A stretch of 64,000 nt of DNA from Eledone cirrhosa (Eukaryota): positions 94,798,001 through 94,862,000 of the forward strand of contig OZ024740.1 of NCBI GenBank assembly GCA_964016885.1. The letters run 5' to 3'. This document shows positions 54,822 through 64,000 of this stretch, piece after piece. The translations under genes and the position numbers were made by a program. Under the pieces are notes generated by a model. The model was not told the origin of the DNA. It ran no database searches and saw nothing but the letters and a program-made list of their open reading frames with translations. Position 1 is the stretch's first letter. Every line of letters begins with the position of its first letter.

Positions 54822-54990
54822 AGTATTGGTAGAGCGTCAGACACCATGCTTTGCAGTATTGTTATGGTCCTTTGCATTCTAAGTTCAAATCCTGCCGAGG
54901 TTAACTTCGACTTTCATACTTACTAATTCGATAAAATAAAGTACCAGTAATGGACTGCCGTAATGGATTTGTGCCGAAAAATAAAAACAC
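54822..54990 (+). mobile_element. tRNA-derived SINE
   Basis: ggtagagcgtcagac head, B-box agttcaaatcc and cgataaaataaagtaccagtaa body. Confidence 0.8.
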
Positions 54991-55546
54991 TATTAATGTG
55001 CAATAAGAGAAAAATATAACGACATTGCTCAATTATTTTATCTAATGTTGTAATAACACAAGGAAATGTTGTTTGTGTATTTTGTTTTATATTTGCTCAT
55101 AGGCTTTTACAATTTCGCTCAGCCAACAACTATTAAAAAGTGAGTTGCTTAAGATAACAATTTAATCACAAATTGTTGCTATCTTTTAATACACTCCAAC
55201 AAGTCATCAAATTATGTACAATAAAAACAAATCTTATTAATTTGCTCAGGGAATATAAAGAAAATGTATATACACTGATAATTGCAATTGTATGTAAATA
55301 TTTTGTTTTTGTATTGTATATTTTATGTTTTCTATTATGTATAATGTATTGATTTAATATTGATTGTTTTTTGTAGTTGTTTATATTAAAAGTCTGAAAA
55401 TATTTTTATACATCTTACACTAATATTTATAAGATAATTTATAATAACAATTACATAATCTAATTACATTACAACGATCATTTATTATTAATATATATCC
55501 TGTTTAACTAGAGTTATTACAAGCGTTGCCTTAAAAAAATATTAAA

Positions 55547-56502
55547 CTAGACATGAAAAATGCGCAAGCTCAAAAGTGCCACAGAATGTTATAATAAACC
55601 TTCAAAAGTGTGGGACTAGAGTTGTTGCTAAAAAATATTGTAATCATTATATATCGTACATTCTGTGGCATCCTTTATAAAAATAGCTTAAACCAACGAA
55701 GCCTTTATTTTTACGCTATTTCACTTAGTTAATACTTAGAGTGTAACATATAAAAATAAATACATCTATGTTTAATGTAATAACAGCTATAACTAATTAC
55801 GTAATATTATTATCATATACTCATAGTAACAAAATAATTGTGTTGAAAATTAATATGATGCTTATATGAACGATCAAATCTATAATGATAATGTCTTAAG
55901 TATACTAATAGTAAAATAATTTAGTTATCTATTGTTACATTTTCATAGAACTATAATATTAACAATCGTATTGCATTATCAAATTTTTATCACTACAAAC
56001 TTTCATGTTGGAATTACCTTAAGCCACTTATTATAACTTCGCTTTCGTACTTTTACAGCTGTAGATATTGCGCTGTATCTTATATCTAATATCAATATCT
56101 CGTGGTAATTTGCATGCAGTGTAAAACAGCTTTATTAATAACTTTAATATGAAATGTATTATACAGGGCTGCGGAGTCGGCCAAAAATTGACTGGCTCCA
56201 ACTCAGGATCCGATACTCCATTATTTCCTAAATTTCAGCTCCGCAGCTCTGTTATTATATTAATTAATTTATTTTATAGGTGTAAATGATATTTTTATAT
56301 GTTACACTCTAAGAATTAACTAAGTGAAATAGCGTAAAAATAAAGGTTTCGTTGGTTTAAGCTATTTTTATAAAGGATTCCACAGAATGTACGATATATA
56401 ATGATTACAATATTTTTTAGCAACAACTCTAGTCCCACACTTTTGAAGGTTTATTATAACATTCTGTGGCACTTTTGAGCTTGCGCATTTTTCATGTCTA
56501 GT
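55547..56502. mobile_element. Fold-back/MITE-like element with ~213-bp near-perfect terminal inverted repeats
   Basis: 55547-55759 is the reverse complement of 56290-56502, with about three mismatches by eye. Confidence 0.85.
56163..56252. mobile_element. Small hAT-like MITE
   Basis: TIRs cagggctgcggag / ctccgcagctctg. Flanks gtattata / ttattata match at 7 of 8 positions (target-site duplication). Confidence 0.7.
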
Positions 56503-56624
56503 ATATATATTCATACACACACACACACACAAACACGCGCACACACACACACACGCACTCACATATATATATATGATGGCTGCAAACTCTGCTAAGATTA
56601 TTGCAATCGCTAGTCAGATACTTA

Positions 56625-56941
<317 letters not shown>

Positions 56942-58910
56942 TGGATAAACGACTAGATATAAACATATTTACAGATGCGTAAGAATGAACGTACAATGGT
57001 TGGGAATTACACAAACCAAGAACTATTGTAGATAGCGTACGTGTACCTATATTTGGCAATGACGTTAATACTCCTTTTAAATAAAATCGTAATAGGTGCA
57101 AATCGTTTTAGTCATATCTACCGCAATTATGTGATAGTATATGCCCATACCTGATATTGAATTGGGGAAGCCATTTTCACTAGGTGGTTAAAGTCTATCC
57201 TTTCGAATGCCAATATTTAATCGCTATCCTTTACTACAGTGTATACTATACACATTTTAGCCCATTGAAGAACATATATTACGAATCGTTTTTTCTTCTA
57301 TACATAGTTTACTTAATATTCCAGTCAGGGTTGATTCTAACACCACAACATCAGAACCATTGACTCCATTGAACGTTAGTAATTGCTTGATGTGTAACCC
57401 TACCATTTCCTTTAATATATGATGTACTATGTTTGCCACACGTGTACGGGGTTGAAATCTTGTTTGAATCTCTGTGATCTATAACACATAGTTTGGTTAC
57501 AAGGAATGTTAGAATGGTATGAGATGTTGCTAACCACTCAAATATGTCAGCACGTGATACTAGGTGTAAATATACATATTGTAGGTATCTATTTTAAGTA
57601 TATCCGAACATGATATTTTGATATTTGATTCGTTTTTGGAGGAACATGATATTTATCTGAGACCGATTTTTTAAGTTATACTTGACATTTAAATGTGGAA
57701 AATACATTTTACTCGATATATGGCAGTCATATTTTTCAGTATTTCCAATATATTCTGCAGTACCCTTCAATATATTCCCATTGATTAATCAATATTCCGA
57801 AAACAAAAATGCCAGTCAATACTTATGCTCGTGATTTCCACGTACAGTTATTTTCCTTTATCCCATGACCTTAGATGCATCACTTAAAATTAAATCAATG
57901 CACATTACGTTACAATTAAAGACTGCATAGGTTCCCCTGATGTGATTTTGGAAATCGAATCTCTTGTAGAGATCGGTTGATTTTAAAAGTTTAAAGAGCT
58001 TTCATTTGATTAATTTCAAAAAACAAAATGATGACAAAAGAACATCGATATATTTCTAATTGTCCGTTGAAATATGCTTTTATGTTACTTTGTCTGAAAG
58101 CTATATTGACGTTTGAAAAAAAAAAATGTTATAGAAGCAAATTGAAAAAAGTTATACATCAATAAAGTAAGGAGGCGTTGATCGTAGCATGATTTTTTTA
58201 GATAACCCAGAATACAAATGTATCCAGAGGAGAGATATTGATTTTTAAAAAAAATCTCCGTGCATGACTACAAATATTGTTTGTCGATTCAAATAGGAAG
58301 AAAGGCTAGTCATCTGGATATACGTTACTGTTCATGTACATAAAAAGAAACTGTAAATTCCAGAAACATAACTATTGAAATCTTATATCTCAGGTACTTC
58401 CATTTACAAAATGGATGTATCAAGCATGTTGTTTCTATAGGTGCAATAGTGGAAAGTTCAAAATCGTGAAAAAAATAAATACACGAAGAAAAAAGAAAAA
58501 CGGTATGTCAGACAAATTACAAATACCTATTACTTGACATGAGTGATTAGACTATTTATCCTCCATTCTTAGTGCGTATTCAATAAGATAACTTAAATGA
58601 CAAAACATTTAACCTCATTTTCCAAACCAATTTCTTATGGCACTTTGCATCTATGATAAGCGATTTGTTATCTCGTTAAAAATGAAACAAATTAGATTGG
58701 CCACGAGTATTATAGTTCTATGCCTACTCACTGTCAGATGAATCAATAATTTATTTCAAGCGAATGTGATTAGAGAAATCGTTGAAAATTGATTCACCGA
58801 ATCAATCATAACACAAGATGATTTGTCACCTATGTAATCCATGAGTGAATGTGTATTGTATCCAAATGATATTGCCCGGAATAAATGAAAAACCTGCAAG
58901 ATACATTACG

Positions 58911-58912
<2 letters not shown>

Positions 58913-59002
<90 letters not shown>

Positions 59003-59024
59003 ACTCTCTCTCTCTCTCTTTATA

Positions 59025-59092
<68 letters not shown>
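58913..59092. repeat. (CT)n plus (AT)n microsatellite
   Basis: Read directly from the sequence. Confidence 0.97.
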
Positions 59093-59093
<1 letters not shown>

Positions 59094-59581
59094 TCATCGA
59101 GAATCGTATTTCGGCTGGTAGAAAAAGCGAAACGAAACGCAAGATCGTAGAAATGGTGGCAAGCGCTCCAATAGTTAAGAAGAACTAGAGCTAAACATAT
59201 GTTAAAACCCCATACAAACTGAAAAGTGGTCAATAAGGCATTAGCCAGATAAGCCCCCCCAAAAAACAAGTCAAGCTAAACAGGTCAAACAAAATAAATG
59301 ACATAAACAGACCTGGACGCAAGTGGAATTGACGGTAAAATACAAATGCAGGGTTTCTATGATACCTATATCAATAATACTGTCTGCTTAAAACTATAAA
59401 CTTGTGCATGTGTGTGTGTGTGCGCGTGTGTGTGTGTGAGTATGTATGTATTACATTACAAAATATGAGAAAATAATAGCAAAAATATACCTATTGTAAG
59501 TCCCAACAGAAGTTTCACCGATCAGTATGAAAGCTTAATGTACTAAAAAAGGGCATCACTGCTAGGACGAAGATTAACACA

Positions 59582-59628
<47 letters not shown>

Positions 59629-60274
59629 TAAATAGAGGTGTAACATACGAGTTGTGATATATTAGTAAGAGGAAAAGAAAATGCTGACACATTTTTCACA
59701 GTGAAAAATAGTTTAATTAGGAAAAGTATAAATTAGGAATAAGTATTGGTTAGTATTCGGGTTTTAGTTTTAAGTGTTTACCTGTTGCACATTTCTAATG
59801 CTTTTCAAAAATAATTTTGAGATAGAGCGGTCGTGATGTTTGCTCTAATCTGATCAGTTTTGGAAATTCTTCCAGTTTTATGTGAAAAAAGAGGCTCCAG
59901 AAGTATTAAGATTTGCTTGGTTTGTGAATGTCACGTGAATGAGTACTATACATTTCGCGACAATTCGTGTTGCACAAATTCTTGTTGTCAAAATAATTTT
60001 GATTGGTCGGTAGAGGCCACGTGAATGTTAAAAATTGATTTTGCGCCAATTGTAGGTTTGTCGGAGAGTGTCCATTTTCGCCTGATTGAGAAGTCACTGA
60101 AAAATAAGTTTATTAAGACAAATATGTGTGTGTGTGTGTGTGTGTGTGTGTAGTAAAAGGGTTCATTATTGTGATAACGGTCAGTACGATGTGTGTGTGA
60201 ATTGCAGTATATATTTGCTAGCATAGGTATGCATCTGTATATATATGTTGGTAGATGAACTAAAACTATTTCTT

Positions 60275-60309
<35 letters not shown>

Positions 60310-60350
60310 ATATATATATATATATATATAAATATATATATATATATGTG

Positions 60351-60427
<77 letters not shown>

Positions 60428-60431
<4 letters not shown>

Positions 60432-60551
60432 TTAAAAGTTGGTTAAAATATTTCCATGTATTTTATTATGGGAATTTCAAAAACAAATATCATCATGCAA
60501 TAACTTATACGATATCTGCATTGCTTTATTGTACTACAATAAAACTCACCT

Positions 60552-60555
<4 letters not shown>
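60428..60555. mobile_element. Tiny rearranged terminus of the PLE family at 32530-36336
   Basis: 60438-60503 matches 32636-32700. 60504-60555 is the reverse complement of 32530-32582. Confidence 0.75.
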
Positions 60556-60640
<85 letters not shown>

Positions 60641-60659
60641 CCGTTTGTATATGTATAAT

Positions 60660-62150
60660 AAAGCCAAAACAATGCAGGTATCGACATAGAATAAAGAATG
60701 CAAATGCAAAAGATATTGTTGACAATTAGTCTTTTCTCTTAGATTTATTTAAATGTATTTTATTTTCGAGATAATATCTCTTCTTCGGAGGGAAGTAAGG
60801 CGGTTAAAACAGTGTTCTAAATTGCTTGCCAAGTCATGCTGACAGGAAATGGTATAGTGTATCTGTTATATCTCTAATGTCAAAGAGATACGTTAGGTGG
60901 ATAAAGAGTAGTCTCCCTTTAAAATATTTGTTTTTCTTGTATATGCCTGTTAATGTGTGTGGGAGAATGCATGAAGGTGTACGTATGTGAGTGTGTGTGT
61001 GTGTGACTGTGAGAAGATATGTCTATACGTAAATGTGGGTGATAGATGTTATCTCGTGTTAGAACTGGTCTTTGTGTGTGTATGTGTGTGTGTGAGAGAG
61101 AATAAGTGGAGGTGTAAGCGTGTGTGTGTGTGTGTGTGCGTGTGTGTGCGTATGTGTGTGGAGCGTGTGTGTAAATGTGGGGCTAGTTGCTCTATCATGT
61201 TATACATTGGGTGTTGAGTTCTAGTCTATTATTGATTGGTTGTAGTTTTTTATCTATAATTAGTGCTTCCTTAATTCTAAGATTGCCGAGGTTTCTTTCC
61301 TTAATTTATATCTTAACTGTTATGGTTTTGACGGTGTTTTTGCATTTAACTAGGTGTTTCTTAAATGAGGAAGCGTTAGTATTGAGGTGTACTTTTATTC
61401 TTATGTGGATTGGTCTGTTGGTGCTCCCTACGTAGAAGTTGCTGCATTTGTCACACTCTAGTCTGTATACGACGTAAGCCTGGTGGCATAGGTCTGTGTC
61501 GTTGATGGGGGAGTTGGCTACACTGCAGCGGTTATCATGTCTGGTGGAGTCTCTTTTGGTTAGCTGTCCGCGTAGAGAAAGACCTAAGTGGGCCAGTTGG
61601 ATATCTAGTCCCTCTCGTCTGATTGATGTGCGGATGGCTGTTGTTGTTTGGTCACTGAAGTGCGGTAGCTTCAGGAAGCAAGTGTTTAGTGTATCGAGTG
61701 TGGAGTACTCTGTTTTTTCTGGCACGGTTAGTGGTGGATGTCGTGTATCCGTTCAGTTTGAGTATTTCAAGGAAATGTGTGGTGTATGTGTCTCGGTCTC
61801 TAGCTTCGGTGCATTTGTTCCGGATACGTGTAGTTCATTCCTTATGTATCCGAACTTAGCGCCGGCTTAACACGTATGCGGAACAAATGCACCGACGCTA
61901 GAGACCGAGACACACACACCACACATTTCCTGGAAGTACTCAAACCGAACGTATACACGTCATCCACCACAAACCGTGCCAGAAAGAACAGAGGACACCA
62001 CACCCCAGGTACTAACACTTGCTTCCTGAAGCTCCAACACTTCAGTGACGAAACAACTACAACGATCCGCAGAGCTATCAGACGAGAGGGTCTAGATATC
62101 CAACTGGCACACTTAGGTCCTTCTCTACGCGGACAGCTAACCAAAAGAGA
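60660..62150 (-). mobile_element. PLE 3' fragment (GIY-YIG plus UTR) with a 5' inverted duplication
   Basis: LCHQAYVVYRLECDKCSNFYVGSTNRPIHIRIKVH. 61872-62150 is an inverted copy of ~61550-61830. Confidence 0.85.
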
Positions 62151-62151
62151 C

Positions 62152-63487
62152 GTATGCTAGCAAATATATAGGTTTTGTCTTAGTAACTTTGTGATTCAAT
62201 GGAAGAGGATGCAGAACAATTATATGAAAGACGTAAAATAAGAAAATTATAAAAATGTACTTACTTACTAAAATTTCACTACAACTAATTAGTTTCTGAA
62301 AGGGAATAAACATGGTCTCCGAATAGAACAACATGGAGAATGCCTTTTGTCATCAGGAAGTCAATTCTCAGCTAAGTTCCCACGCGATGCATAAGCAAGT
62401 TAATTTTTATAATTTTCTTATTTTACGTCTTTCATATAATAGATCTGCATCCCCTTGAATTGAACCACAAAGTTACTAAGACAAAACCTATATATTTGCT
62501 AGCATAGGTATGCATCTGTATATATATATGTTGGTAGATATACTAATTCTTTATAATTATCTCCAAATTATTTTGTTGAGCAAAAATTTGCCAAAACTAC
62601 TACTATATTTCATAGTAATAGTCCGGCTACTGTCTTATTAACACCCCCACTTCTCACTGATAAACCTCGATGTCACGTGATTAATTCTTTTGAATTTGCC
62701 ACCGACCAAGTAGGCAGTGATGTTTTCAATGTCCTGGAATTTAGTCCTCGATTGCTTTTTTCCATCCACTGAATTGTTTTTGTATAAGTTCCGTGTGTCC
62801 ACGCATCGCCTGGGAACTTATCTGAGAATTGACTTCCTGATGACGAAAGGCATTCTCCATTTTCCATTCGGAAACAATGTTTATTCCCTTTCAGAAACTA
62901 ATTAGTTGGAGTGAAATTTTAGTAAATAAGTTAATTTTTATAATTTTCTTATTTTAATTCTTTCATATAATAGTTCTACATCCCCTTGCATTGAACCACA
63001 ATGTAACTAAGATAAAACCTATATATTTGCTAGCATAGGTATGCGTCTGTATATATATATGTTGGTAGATATACTAATTCTTTATAATTATCACCAAATT
63101 ATTTTGTTGAGTAAACATTTGCCAAAACTACTACTATAGTTCATAGTAATAGTCCGCTACTGTCTTAATAACACCCGACTCCTCACTGATTAACCTCGAT
63201 GTCACGTGATTGATTATTTTATATTTGCGACCGACCATGTAGGCAGTGATTGTTTCAATGTCCTTGAATTTAGTCCTCTCTTGCTTTTTTCCATCCACTA
63301 AATTATTTTCGTATAAGTTCCCTGTGTCCACACATCGCCTGGGAACTTAGCTGAGAATTGACAACCGGATGACGAAAGGTATTCTCTATGTTCCATTCGG
63401 AATCCATGTTTATTCCCTCTCAGAAACTAATGAGTTGGAGTGAAATTTTAGTAAGTTAATTTTTGTAATTTTCTTATTTTACGTCTA
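62152..63487. repeat. ~530-bp unit: one inverted partial copy plus two tandem copies
   Basis: ttaattttt.taattttcttatttta at ~62400, 62931 and 63456. 62152-62392 is inverted. A fragment also occurs at 60205-60265. Confidence 0.88.
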
Positions 63488-63489
63488 TG

Positions 63490-63573
<84 letters not shown>

Positions 63574-63574
63574 G

Positions 63575-63691
<117 letters not shown>

Positions 63692-63697
63692 GTATAT

Positions 63698-63747
<50 letters not shown>

Positions 63748-63753
63748 GTATAT

Positions 63754-63821
<68 letters not shown>

Positions 63822-63824
63822 TTA

Positions 63825-64000
63825 TTTATTTACTAAAATAACAGATTAATATTTAAGCAAATAATCACTGCTTTCACCCTAAATGGGATCTTCTGAAACT
63901 AAATAAATCAATCTGGGAACGCAGAAGTAAATATTTAGAAACACGTTGCAAACGAAGGAAGATAGAAAGGCGTTAATTTGGTTCGTAGAAACGCTCCCTG
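63825..64000 (-). mobile_element. CAGAAGA-family short element (runs off the window)
   Basis: Matches 50470-50655. Confidence 0.7.

Noticed and set aside
62830-62860. CTGATGA-C-GAAA as a hammerhead in the 530-bp unit
   Set aside because: No stem II, and the core is not conserved in the other two copies (CCGGATGA; ACAAAA).
62673-63331. Short minus-strand ORFs in the 530-bp unit as duplicated exons
   Set aside because: Frames are not preserved between copies and no domain is recognised.

Overview
This is AT-rich animal DNA, very rich in (AT)n, (CA)n and (ATT)n microsatellites. A cephalopod (octopus-like) origin is inferred from the SINE family and repeat landscape, not proven. No host gene can be called with confidence. 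The window is a nested patchwork of transposable elements: at least six Penelope-like element (PLE) insertions, R4/Dong-like restriction-endonuclease (RLE) LINEs in (TAA)n tracts, a Tx1/L1-like LINE, RTE and CR1/L2 3' fragments, Helitron-like elements, Tc1/mariner, Tigger and hAT remnants, and tRNA-derived SINEs. The main signal not shown by the ORF track is non-coding: more than ten hammerhead-ribozyme (HHR) or HHR-like motifs from several unrelated families. The best case is a 3-copy tandem array of a ~440-bp ORF-less unit (2545-3905), each unit carrying a well-formed type I HHR, which is the architecture of a non-LTR retrozyme. A second ~465-bp HHR unit lies at 27220-27848. Several fold-back PLE insertions carry opposed HHRs, some with non-canonical cores. 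All coordinates were read by eye and may be off by a few bases, and all folds are manual.
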